From contig JAISHG010000107.1 in assembly GCA_031262685.1 (NCBI GenBank), positions 1 through 21,364 on the forward strand: a stretch of 21,364 bases of DNA, in the 5' to 3' direction. A program made the translations under genes and the position numbers. Of this stretch, positions 9,334 through 19,900 are shown one piece after another (within the stretch, counting starts at the first letter, position 1; each line of letters begins with the position of its first letter). This DNA is from Lachnospiraceae bacterium. Lineage in GTDB: Bacteria; Bacillota; Clostridia; TANB77; CAG-508. The notes below the pieces were generated by a model. It made no database searches. It worked only from the letters and a program-made list of their open reading frames with translations, and was not told where the DNA came from.

Positions 9334-9990
9334 ATGTCTAAAAGAAATTCAATGGAATTGAATAATAGAGAAAAGGATATACTAAAATTTATCGAAAAAC
9401 ACATAAAACAAAATAGTTATCCACCATCTGTTAGAGAAATAGGAAAAGCTGTTGGACTAACTTCAACTGCAACAGTTCATGCATACATTGCTAAACTTAT
9501 TAAAAAAGGCTATATAAAAAAAGAAGACCAAAAAGGTAGAACTTTAAAACTGTTAAAAGGTGGACTAGACCCTAAAGAATCTACTACAGGAAAACCTGTA
9601 TATTCAGACAAAGAACTAGCACTTGTTCCTGTTATAGGTAAAATTACTGCTGGAGAACCAATTTTAGCTGTAGAAAACATTACAGATACATTCCCAATTC
9701 CAATAGATTTTGTTGGAAATAGCGAGAGTTTTATGCTTACCGTCAGAGGAGAAAGCATGATAGAAGCTGGAATTCTAGATGGAGACTATATTTTAGTAAA
9801 ACGACAAAATACTGCTAATAACGGACAAATTGTTGTTGCTTTAATTGGCGAAGAAGCAACTGTGAAAACATTCTACAAAGAAACAGACCATATCCGCCTT
9901 CAACCAGAAAATAGCTCAATGGATCCTATAATTGTTCCAACTTGCGAAATATTAGGAAAAGTTGCTGGTGTATTTAGAAAAATTCATTAA
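9334..9990 (+). CDS. lexA: LexA repressor / autopeptidase
   Basis: N-terminal helix-turn-helix (YPPSVREIGKAVGLTSTATVHAYIAKL) and S24 peptidase domain (VPVIGKITAGEP, GESMIEAGILDGDYILVKRQ). Confidence 0.96.
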   Translation: MSKRNSMELNNREKDILKFIEKHIKQNSYPPSVREIGKAVGLTSTATVHAYIAKLIKKGYIKKEDQKGRTLKLLKGGLDPKESTTGKPVYSDKELALVPVIGKITAGEPILAVENITDTFPIPIDFVGNSESFMLTVRGESMIEAGILDGDYILVKRQNTANNGQIVVALIGEEATVKTFYKETDHIRLQPENSSMDPIIVPTCEILGKVAGVFRKIH

Positions 9991-10005
9991 TTAAGGAGGT
10001 TTTAT

Positions 10006-10725
10006 ATGACTCCACACAATGAAGCAAAAAAAGAAGAGATTTGTAAAACAGTTATAATGCCCGGGGACCCACTACGTGCAAAATATATTGCAGAAAACTT
10101 TTTACAAAATGCAAAATTAGTAAATTCAATAAGAGGCATGTATGCATATACGGGTACTTATAAAAACAAACCAATTACTGTTATGGCTCATGGAATGGGA
10201 ATTCCAAGCGCAGGAATATATATATACGAATTGTTTAAATTTTACGACGTAGATTCAATAATTCGTATTGGTTCTTGTGGCGCATTCGATAAAAACCTAA
10301 ATTTATTCGATACTATACTTGTAAATACAGCCTATACAGAAAGTAATTTTTCATATACTTTATATAACGAAAATGTAAAACAGTCTTCTTCAACAAGTTC
10401 TTTAAATTCTATAATAGAAACTGCTTCTATTACAGAAAAAATCCCTTTAATAAACGGGAATGTCCTATGTACAGATTGTTTCGACCCATATTTAAAAGAT
10501 GCAAGTTCTGTTATAAAACGTCAACCGCAAGGTTCCAACATTATAGCTTCAGAAATGGAATCATTTGTATTATTTTATCTTGCGCAAAAATTCAGTAAAA
10601 AAGCTTCTTGCTTATTAACTGTTGTAAATACAGTCGATGAAGCTACCGAAATACCAGCTGAACAAAGAGATAAATCTTTAAATAATATGATTGTTTTAGC
10701 GTTAAATTCGGCAGTAAATATATAG
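10006..10725 (+). CDS. deoD: Purine-nucleoside phosphorylase, DeoD type
   Basis: TPHNEAKKEEICKTVIMPGDPLRAKYIAE, VMAHGMGIPSAGIYIYELF, IRIGSCGA, ASEMESFVLFYLAQ, TVVNTVDEAT. Confidence 0.95.
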   Translation: MTPHNEAKKEEICKTVIMPGDPLRAKYIAENFLQNAKLVNSIRGMYAYTGTYKNKPITVMAHGMGIPSAGIYIYELFKFYDVDSIIRIGSCGAFDKNLNLFDTILVNTAYTESNFSYTLYNENVKQSSSTSSLNSIIETASITEKIPLINGNVLCTDCFDPYLKDASSVIKRQPQGSNIIASEMESFVLFYLAQKFSKKASCLLTVVNTVDEATEIPAEQRDKSLNNMIVLALNSAVNI

Positions 10726-10733
10726 TCATAAAC

Positions 10734-10765
10734 AAAAAAAGGGCGCAATCATGCGCCCCTACAAG
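10734..10765 (-). terminator. Palindromic repeat copy 1 serving as a probable intrinsic terminator for the minus-strand 3D-domain gene
   Basis: On the - strand: CTTGTAGGGGCGCATGATTGCGCCC followed by TTTTTTT. Confidence 0.7.
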
Positions 10766-10785
10766 TTTTTGCATCCTGTTTATTT

Positions 10786-11772
10786 TTACATATATATATA
10801 ACACTCTAAATTTTTTCTACCAAAATTAATTGCATCTGTATGTGTATTTAGGTAAATATCTATTTTTGAATCAGATATTGCTCCTCCTCTATCTTGAACT
10901 ACAAACCATCCACCATTCGGCTTATTTTTTAATGCTGGTATATACATTATTGTTCCCACTGGATATGACTTTCCTGCAGCTAAAGTATACCATGCCATTG
11001 CCTTCGCTCCAGATGATGTTATTCCATTTGTTTTTCCACAACATTTTAGACATGCACAATATGCTGAGGCATTCATTGTTTTGATTTCAGGTGTTTGCCC
11101 TGCTACAGCAGCTGCTAGTTTTGCCCCATCTGCATTACCAGATGTTCTACCCAATCCACTTCTTGAAGATATTACTTGCACCTGCACAATTTCATTTTTT
11201 GGTTCTTTTATTATTTCTGAAGATAACTCGACTCTATCTATTTCTATACTATTTTGGTATTTAACTTTATATGTTACTTTTCTTACTCCGTTTTCACCTG
11301 CTTGTAATACTCTCTCCGTACTACCACTTGCCCCGTTAGAAATATCCTTTGTTATTGTTTCGTACGGAATTATTTCTTCTATTTCTTCTATTACCTCTGT
11401 TACGGTACCATATGATTCTATAATTTCGTCTAACTCTACTTGCTCTCCAGTTTTGGCTAATTGTACAATTTGATTTGTCTCGCTTATTTTATATATTTTT
11501 ATTGTATTTAGGTTGTCTATTTGAGAATCTATAGTAGGAAGAACCGCTTCTCCCTCTGCTAATTCTATATTATTTTCTGCTAAAATTTCTGATACTTTTT
11601 CTTTAGTTGTAACTATATTTATTTCGTGTTTGTCGGCAAATTGTATTGTTATAGTTTTTAATGTATCTACATTGTTACTAGCTAGTACACCAATTCCCCA
11701 AAATAGCATTAGTATTAACATTAAATAAATTGTTCTTCTAAGTACTTCTGATGTGCCTTTATTCTTTTTCAT
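10786..11772 (-). CDS. Cell-wall protein with DUF348/G5-like region and C-terminal 3D (lytic) domain, YabE/Rpf-like
   Basis: N-terminal TM, TITIQFADKHEINIVTTKEKVSEILAENNI, G5-like ..KDISNGASGSTERVLQAGENGVRKVTYKVKYQ, and a 3D domain with CACLKCCGKTNGITSSGAKA..GTIMYIPAL..WFVVQDRGGAISDSKIDIYLNTH. Confidence 0.9.
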   Translation of the reverse strand: MKKNKGTSEVLRRTIYLMLILMLFWGIGVLASNNVDTLKTITIQFADKHEINIVTTKEKVSEILAENNIELAEGEAVLPTIDSQIDNLNTIKIYKISETNQIVQLAKTGEQVELDEIIESYGTVTEVIEEIEEIIPYETITKDISNGASGSTERVLQAGENGVRKVTYKVKYQNSIEIDRVELSSEIIKEPKNEIVQVQVISSRSGLGRTSGNADGAKLAAAVAGQTPEIKTMNASAYCACLKCCGKTNGITSSGAKAMAWYTLAAGKSYPVGTIMYIPALKNKPNGGWFVVQDRGGAISDSKIDIYLNTHTDAINFGRKNLECYIYM

Positions 11773-11855
11773 AAGAATCTCCTTTCGAAATCGAACACAA
11801 AATATTATATATTATACCCATTTTTTTGTCAAATTTAACACATTATTTTTGATGC

Positions 11856-12257
11856 CTAAAACATTACAGCCACTACGCCTACAATAAATCCAATAATATT
11901 TCCTATTGAACCTAATCTTCCTTTATATATTTTCTTTGATTCTGGCACTAATTCACCAGTTACTATATAAAGCATTGCGCCTGCCGCAAAACTTAAACAT
12001 ACGCATATTACTTCTATAGATACTTTTCCCACTATTGCACCAAAAAATGCTCCAACTCCAGTTGTAACTCCAGATAATACTGTATATATCAATACTTTTT
12101 GGCTGCTCATTCCACCTTGCTTCATTGGTAAACTCATAGATATTCCTTCTGGAATATCGTGTAGTAAAATAGCAATAGCAAGAGAGAATCCTAGAGTTGT
12201 TGATGCATCAAATCCAGAACCTATGGCTAAACCCTCTGGGAAATTATGCAATGCCAA
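11856..12257 (-). CDS. ZIP-family metal transporter, C-terminal half (displaced +1)
   Basis: ALHNFPEGLAIGSGF and HDIPEGISMSLPM ZIP signature histidine motifs; hydrophobic. Confidence 0.9.
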   Translation of the reverse strand: MALHNFPEGLAIGSGFDASTTLGFSLAIAILLHDIPEGISMSLPMKQGGMSSQKVLIYTVLSGVTTGVGAFFGAIVGKVSIEVICVCLSFAAGAMLYIVTGELVPESKKIYKGRLGSIGNIIGFIVGVVAVMF

Positions 12258-12594
12258 CCCGCACTCCTACTGCAATTCCTGTTTTTAATAAACTTGTTTT
12301 TACATCTACTTTTCTTCTATCAAATTTTCCTTTAATAATATTATCGCAAAATATCATTATTATGACGCCAAAAATTATTCCGAATAAAACAATAACTATA
12401 TTAGATAAGTCTAATGCCTCGGGAATTAGGCTAAAACACACTACAGCAATCATTAACCCTGCTGCAAATTCTAATATAAAACTTAAGAATCTATTTGATT
12501 TTTTCTTTAGTTTTATACCAATATATCCGCCCAGCGCAGTTCCAACGGTACCAAAAAACAAACCTAAAACTGTTGTATTCAATATGTTAAACAT
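12244..12594 (-). CDS. ZIP-family metal transporter, N-terminal half
   Basis: GLFFGTVGTALGGYIG, FILEFAAGLMIAVVCFSLIPEAL typical of ZIP; reads into the 11856..12257 frame at CGG (12261..12259). Confidence 0.88.
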   Translation of the reverse strand: MFNILNTTVLGLFFGTVGTALGGYIGIKLKKKSNRFLSFILEFAAGLMIAVVCFSLIPEALDLSNIVIVLFGIIFGVIIMIFCDNIIKGKFDRRKVDVKTSLLKTGIAVGVRVGIA

Positions 12595-12708
12595 AAACTA
12601 GCTCCTTATAATATTTGCTTATTTAAACATATTAAAGTCAGCTTAGTTTTATTCTACTTTTTTATGTGGAGAGGCAAATCTTACGATAGTGTTAGGCATA
12701 TATTTAGG

Positions 12709-12739
12709 TTGTAGGGGCACCTGTAACGAAGGTGCCCTA
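12709..12739 (+). repeat. Palindromic repeat copy 2
   Basis: TTGTAGGGGCACCTGTAACGAAGGTGCCCTA; stem GGGCACCT/AGGTGCCC. Confidence 0.65.
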
Positions 12740-12784
12740 TGGTTCGCAGTGCTCACCACTACATGGTTTTTTTATAAATGCATA

Positions 12785-12833
12785 AAAACAACCTTAGATA
12801 TGGCTATTTAAAAGCATTTCTAAGGTTGTTTTA
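12785..12833. terminator. Hairpin downstream of tRNA-Arg
   Basis: AAAACAACCTTAGA ... TCTAAGGTTGTTTT, T-run on the minus strand. Confidence 0.7.
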
Positions 12834-12834
12834 T

Positions 12835-12911
<77 letters not shown>

Positions 12912-12973
12912 GTGAATAATTGACAAGAAATATCATAACACGCATTTTATTTCTTGTCAATTGAAACCCCTTA

Positions 12974-13767
12974 TTATAAAACAATATTTTTTATAATATC
13001 TAAAACATCTTGATTTTCTAACTTAGAAATGGCAAAACATTTCTTACCTAAATCTTTTATAGAGGCTCCGCAATGATATAACGTATTACTGTCTATTATA
13101 ATAAATCTGTCATGAAATTTATTTGATTTTGCTATTTTTAATGTTCTGGTATTCTTTATTGAATTTTTCTACATCTAATTTTGATATATTACTTTTCTCC
13201 GATGTTAAAATTATCGCTTCGACATTTTTATTCTTCTTTACTAACATATTTAAAATGCTGTAATCAACATAGTTATCTATAATTACTATTTTTCTTTTGG
13301 CTTGTTTAATAATTTCTATAATCAAACTATATGCATCATATATTTGTCCTTCAAAAAACACTTTTTGCTTAAAACTTTCTTCTTTTTGTAATCTCTTAAA
13401 AACTTCTTCAAATTTTTTATCATATTCTAGCAATTTTTGATTAACGTTAATGATTTCTTTAAACATTTCTCCGTTAGAAACTAGAAATTGACGCATATCA
13501 ACAAATGCTCTAATTATATTTACACTTATTTTGATTGCAAGTTCATTCTTTAAAACTCCTGCTAACATTGCAATTCCTTGTTCTGTATAAACATATGGCA
13601 AATATCTTCTGCCCCCATGAGATTCTAATTGACTACTTGAGGTTCCAAATTGGAACCTCAAGTCATTAAATTCTTTTTGTGTTATTTGAAAACAAAAATT
13701 TTCTGGAAAACGCTTGATATTTCTTTTTATTTTTTCATTTATACGTTTGGTTTCACAATTATATTGT
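12974..13767 (-). pseudogene. Decayed ORF6N-domain (phage-type) DNA-binding protein with C-terminal PLD-like HDRF domain; 5'-truncated and frameshifted
   Basis: Open frame upstream of the listed start reads YNCETKRINEKIKRNIKRFPENFCFQITQKEFNDLRFQFGTSS..GGRRYLPYVYTEQGIAMLAGVLKN. After NIK the frame shifts and continues as IAKSNKFHDRFIIIDSNTLYHCGASIKDLGKKCFAISKLENQDVLDIIKNIVL*. The listed ORF 13119..13661 covers only the middle and starts at a TTG. Confidence 0.8.
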
Positions 13768-13789
13768 AGGGGCGCATGATTGCGCCCTA
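13764..13789 (+). repeat. Palindromic repeat copy 3
   Basis: TTGTAGGGGCGCATGATTGCGCCCTA, identical core to copy 1. Confidence 0.75.
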
Positions 13790-13819
13790 AAATTATGTCT
13801 ATGCATTTAGAACTAATAA

Positions 13820-13917
13820 AATTCGCTCCCGGGGCTTATGCAATAAATTTTTTCTCCGTCCCGACGGAGCTCCCTGCTCCGAAAAAATTTATTTGCATGG
13901 CACCCCTCGCGCGAATT
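13820..13917. repeat. ~98-bp imperfect palindrome, MITE-like or large hairpin element
   Basis: Left arm AATTCGCTCCCGGGGCTTATGCAATAAATTTTTTC; reverse complement of right arm AATTCGCGCGAGGGGTGCCATGCAAATAAATTTTTTC. Internal CTCCGTC/GACGGAG hairpin. Confidence 0.65.
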
Positions 13918-13930
13918 CTTTAAAATACCT

Positions 13931-16900
13931 CTATTCCCATATTGCGTATAGAATTAAGATTGCATCTTCTTCGTACGTATTTCCTGGCATATATTCTGCT
14001 ATTGTTCCCGCTTGCTCGGTTGACCAGCCTGCAAATGCAAATCCGTCTCTTGTTGGCTGTCCTACTAACACTATGCCCTGTCCTGCTATCTTGTATTGTG
14101 CCTGTGGTGTGTTTGTTCCACCATTTGCATCATATGAGATTAGGTATTGTGTTACTGGATCGGTTGATGTGGATTCATCGCCTTGTTCCGGTAGGGCGGA
14201 ATCATCCGCCCCTACAACGTCTGACGGATCTGTTTGTACACCAATTGATGAGGTTAATTTTGTTGTTTCTAGGTTTTCTAATGTTGTGGTTGTTATTGTG
14301 TATCCGCTTCTTGGAGTCGCTGCATTTCCGCTTATTGCAGTAGCTCCTTTTACTTGTCCCCCATTTAATGTTAGGCTTCCACTATTTACTATACCTGCGG
14401 TGCTTCCTGCTATTGTTAGTTTTGTTTCTTCTACAGTTCTTGTAAGTACCCCGATATTTAAAGTTCCATTATTTTGAATACCTATTCCTGCTGTATTTTG
14501 TACTATTGCGTTTATTACTTCTCCTTCTAGTAATGCACTTGTGTCTATTATATCTACTACAGTTAATGTTCCGTTGTTTGTTATTAATGCTCCCTCAAAT
14601 ATGCCTCTTATTACGTATCCGTTCAAGTCTATTTTTATGTTCTTGCCGGCCGGTATTGTTATGCCTTCGTTTAAGTTTACGTCTGTACATATTTTTATTG
14701 TTTGCTCTGCTCCACCACTTGCACTAGCTATTGCTACATCTAAGGTATTATAATACACTCCGTTTAGCTCTGCTACTTGGGCAAACTCTGCGTCTACTTC
14801 TAGTGTTGCGGTTTTTCCATCATCTAGATTTTGTACTTTATGGTCATCTGCTACTTCTGATACTGCTCCGTATATTGCTCCACTTGGTCCTCTTATTATT
14901 CCGTCGTAGAATTTGAATGTTCCTGTGTTTTCTACTCCATAACTTGTTCCTGTTATTTCTGGATTTATTGTGCTCACTCTAGTAGCGTTGTCTCCTAATG
15001 TTAATGTACCTTCATTGTATATTGCTGAATATTTACTACTTCCAGTTGCTACGGAGCTTACTGTTCCTCCTGTTATTGTTGCTGTAGCTGTTTTTGAATC
15101 CATTCTTATTCCTATTTGTTCTGAACATACTTCTCCTCCTGTCATCATTAATGTTGCATTTGAAGAGATGTGTATTCCATGATACCTTGATACTACTTCT
15201 CCTCCGTTTATTTCTAATACGGAAGTACCCGTTATCTGTATTGCATAATTACTTGAACTCGTTGATTCTAATTTTCCTCCTTCTATTCTAGCTTTACTTG
15301 CACCTATTAAATATATTCCATTATCCGTAGCAGTTACTTTCCCTCCTGTTATTACTATATCAAAATCCGGAACATTGTTTGCATAAACACCATAATTTCC
15401 AGCTAATTCTCCACCGCTTATTTCTACAGTTCCCTTAGCTCCTGATATTATAGAAATTGCACTATTAGTATCTTTTACTATTCCATTTGTAAACTTAATC
15501 TCATTTCCTTCTCCTTCTACATAAATTGCTGCAGTTTCACTATTACCCATTCCCTCTGCACTTATTTCTCCTCCATTTACAGTTAGTTTTCCTCCCGCAT
15601 TATGTATTCCTCTTCCATGACAACTACTATAGCTCTTAGTTGTTTTCCCAAATATTTTTCCTCCATTTACTATAAGTTCTCCTGTATTATATATACCTAT
15701 ATTATCACTCTCAGAGTCAATTCCTTCTGCATTCTTTTCTCCTGAAATTGTTCCTCCGTTTACTATTAGTTTTCCACTATTACTTATTGCTATTTTTGCT
15801 ATATTGTTTGTAGAAATTGTTTTTATGGTTCCACTTTCTATCCTACTTATTCCGCTATTATCTAATACGCTTCCTACAAAGTTTTCTATTTTTCCCGATT
15901 TACTATCACTACTATCTATTATTACAAACGTTCCTTCATTTTTAAATATTGCATTATTTCGTGCAGTTATAGTATATCCTGCTAAATCCAATGTTATATT
16001 TTGACCTTCCCCTATTGTTACTAAATCTAATGGAGTAACTATGTTTCTTAGTAGCTGAATTGTATATTCATTTGTATTACAAGCTTCTACTGCTTCCAAA
16101 ATAGAACTATATGTTTCTTCTGTTTCTACTATTTTTACTGCTGATGCATTAGATAACACTGCTGTTTCTATTTGTTCTTCTGTATTCTTTGTTTTTATTA
16201 TATCGTACTCTTCTTCTAATTCACTCACTCCACCATATATAGCTTCATATCCATTTGTTCCTGTTATTATCCCATCATAGAATTTAAATGTTCCTGCATT
16301 AGATACACCATATTTTGTTCCTATTATTTCTGGATTTATTATACTTGGAGTTTCAGAGGCATCTTCTGCTATTTTTTCTCCTAATACTAATGTTCCTATA
16401 TTATTTATCGCTGTATTTTTTATTGTTCCATTTTGCCCCGAACTTACTTTTCCGCCAGTTATTATTGCTTTAGCATTAATAGTTCCTACATTTATTGCTA
16501 AACCAGTTTCTCCTATTACTTCTCCTCCGCTCATTTCTAATTGCGATGAATCTTTAAGGCTTATCGCACTATAATGAGTACCATTTACTTTAGTGTTTTT
16601 TATATTTCCTCCTGTTAATTCTATTTTACTTGACTTTGCCGCATCTATTCCATTGTATTCCCCAAATACTGTGCCTCCTTCTATTTTTATTGTGCTTTCT
16701 CCTGATAAGTATATTCCAGTTGAACCTTCTATTAATGTTTGAATATTTTCATTTACTTCTTTTATTATTATTTCTCCTGTATTATTTGGTACATAAATTC
16801 CATCTTGTCCTTCTATTTTTCCGCCTTCTATTACTAAGTTTACATTGCTATTATTAGCAATATGTATGCCATAAGCAGTACCTGCAGTGCCTCCTGTAAT

Positions 16901-19900
16901 ACTTCCTCCTGTTACTCTTATTTCACTTGAAGACTCAGCATATATTCCAGTAGGTCCCAATAGTGTTCCTCCATTTATTGTTACTTTACTTGTTCCTACT
17001 GTATATATTCCATAGTCCTTATTTACAGTTATACTACCACCATTTACTATTAATTCCCCTGTATTATATACTCCTCTACTTGTTGTAGTGCCTGTAGTAT
17101 TATAATTATATGATATTGTTCCTTCATTTAATTCTAATTTACCTGTGTTATACACTACACTTACATTATTTCCGCCTACTGTATTTTTTATTGTTCCACT
17201 ATTTATTTTCATTACACCTGCATTAAGAACTGTACCTCTATTTGTTTCAGTAATATGTGATATTGTTACGTTTTCTAGTATTAGGTTTCCGTTATTTTGT
17301 ACTACTTCTCCCAATTGATTTTCTATAGTTGATGATGCATTAGTACTATTTGTTATTTTTAATGTACCATCATTTTGTAGCATAATTTCATTTTGCGATG
17401 TTAAACTATATCCTGCAAGATCTAATACTATCTCTTGTCCTTCTGATACTATTACTGTATCTATTAATATATTACTTCTTAATAATTGTATAGTGCATTT
17501 GTTTGTACTACTTGCAGTTATTGCTTCACTAATAGAACCATATTCTACTCCTGTTTCTACTATTTTTACTGCAGACATTCTAGACACTATGGCTGTTTCT
17601 CGCGCAAGTTCTTCATTATTTGTTTTTATTACTTCATATCCTTCTTCCCATTCTGCTACTGAACCATATATAGATCCATTTAACTGCCCTTCTATTATTC
17701 CGTCATAAAACTTAAATGTTCCTATATTTTCTACTCCATATTTTGTTCCTATTATTTCTGGAGATACTATACTTGGATTTTCCACATTTCCTTCTGCTAT
17801 TTTTTCTCCTAACACTAATATTCCATTATTTTTTATTCCAGAATATGTTGTTGTTCCACTTTTCCCTGAAGCTACTCTTCCTCCTGTTATTTTTGCAGTG
17901 ACGGTTGTTGAGTTAATCTCTATTCCATACCCCTTTTCTGATAATGCTTCTCCTCCACTCATTTCTAACGATGATGTACCAGATAAACTTATTGCCTCAT
18001 AACCATTTGCAGAAGTACCACTTTTTACTATTCCTCCCTTTAATACTAATTTGCTTGTTCCATCTAACACTATTCCTTCATAACTACCTGCTATTACTTC
18101 TCCCTCGTCTATTTCTGCTACACTTTCTCCCTGTAAGCATATTCCAGAGTTTCCTTTGATTATGGTTGGAACATTTTCATTTTCTTCTTTTATTACTATT
18201 TCTCCGTTATTATTTACAGAATATATTCCATAACTTCCTCCTGTTATTGTCCCTCCTTCTACTCTTATATTTACATTATTACTTGTACTGTTATCTATAT
18301 ATATAGCATAATCGCTCTTACTATTAATATTTCCTCCTGTTATAACTATCTCGCTCGAATCTTTTGCATAAATTCCACGCCTTCCGCCTGCTATTGTTCC
18401 TCCATTTATTATTGTCTTTCCTTCTCCGCTCGTTATTATACCCATTCCACCATTACTTCCTGTTCCTGTTATAGTGCCACTATTTACTATTATCTCTCCT
18501 ACATTAGATATTCCTCTAGTATAATCCGTAGTTGCGGAAATTGTTCCTCCATTTAATACTAATTTTCCAGTATTGTATACTACATTTATATAACTACTGC
18601 TTGATCCTGCTGCTGTCTGACGTGATATTTCTACATTACCTATTACTAACTCACCATTATTTGTTATTATAGGCATCTGTGTTCTTGCATATATCTTATG
18701 TGTTGTTCCTAGCCCATTTACTAATTCTAGTTTACCATTATTTGTTATCCCTTCGTTTAGTACAAGTATTGAATGTCCATTTATGTCTAATTTTATATTT
18801 TGTCCTTCATCTATTACTATTTCTCTTGCTGTTATTATATCTTTTAATATAGTTACTGTTTTTTGCTCTTCCGACGTACCACAAGCTTCTACTGCTTCTT
18901 GTACTGAATTATATTTTGTCTCTCCTACCTGTGCTACCTCTATATTTGTCCCTAATGTATATGTGTTATATGTATCACCTGTAGTTTTTACAATATCGAC
19001 TCCCTCTTCTATATCATTAATAGATCCCATTAATCCTTCATTTGCTTTTAATGTTACTATTTTTCCATCGTAGAAGTTTACTTTTCCCGTTGATATGTTA
19101 GATATTCCTGTGCCTAATCTAATTATTACCTCTTCTTCATTTATTTCTCCATCTTTTGTTCCTATATTTATTGTTCCTCTAGCAGCATTATTTATAGTGT
19201 AATTATTTGAATATCCTACTATTTCTCCACTCTTTATATTTATTGTTCCTGAAGAACCATTAACTATTACAGTACTTCCTGTGGATTCTATAAAACAATT
19301 TTCAATGTCTATAGTTCCCGAACTAGCATTGTATACTCCATTCCCCCCATTAATTATTTCACTATTTAATACTGTTATTACTCCTGATCCAGAATTGTAT
19401 ACTAGGTAATAATTTGTCCCAGACATTGTAGAATTATTTACATTTATTACTCCTGTATAAGAATTATATACTGCATATTTTATTTCAGATATTGTAGAAT
19501 TACTTACATTTATAGTTCCCGAACTGCTATTATTGTATACTCCATATGTAACTCCTGTGCCAAATCCAGATATGTTGCAATTATCCACAAGTACTTCTAA
19601 GCCTGTAGGTCTAGAATCATTATATACTCCAAATATTCCTTTTATTGTTGCATTTTTTATGATTATTTCTCTTGTTACTGTATTTCCAATATTTATAGCC
19701 CTAGAATTACTTGACTTTATTGTTCCACCATCTAGTTTTAATGTTCCGAAACTGTATATTGCAATATCATATGTACTTACTTTTCCTCCTGCACTTTCTA
19801 CTACTCCATTTGCATAGTTATATATTCCATATATTCTATTTACTGTACTTCCTATTGTTCCTCCTGTTAGTTTTACTACTGCGTCTCCATTTAGTTCATT

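Noticed and set aside
12197-12601. Plus-strand ORF antisense to the ZIP gene
   Set aside because: Low-complexity shadow translation of a clear ZIP transporter.
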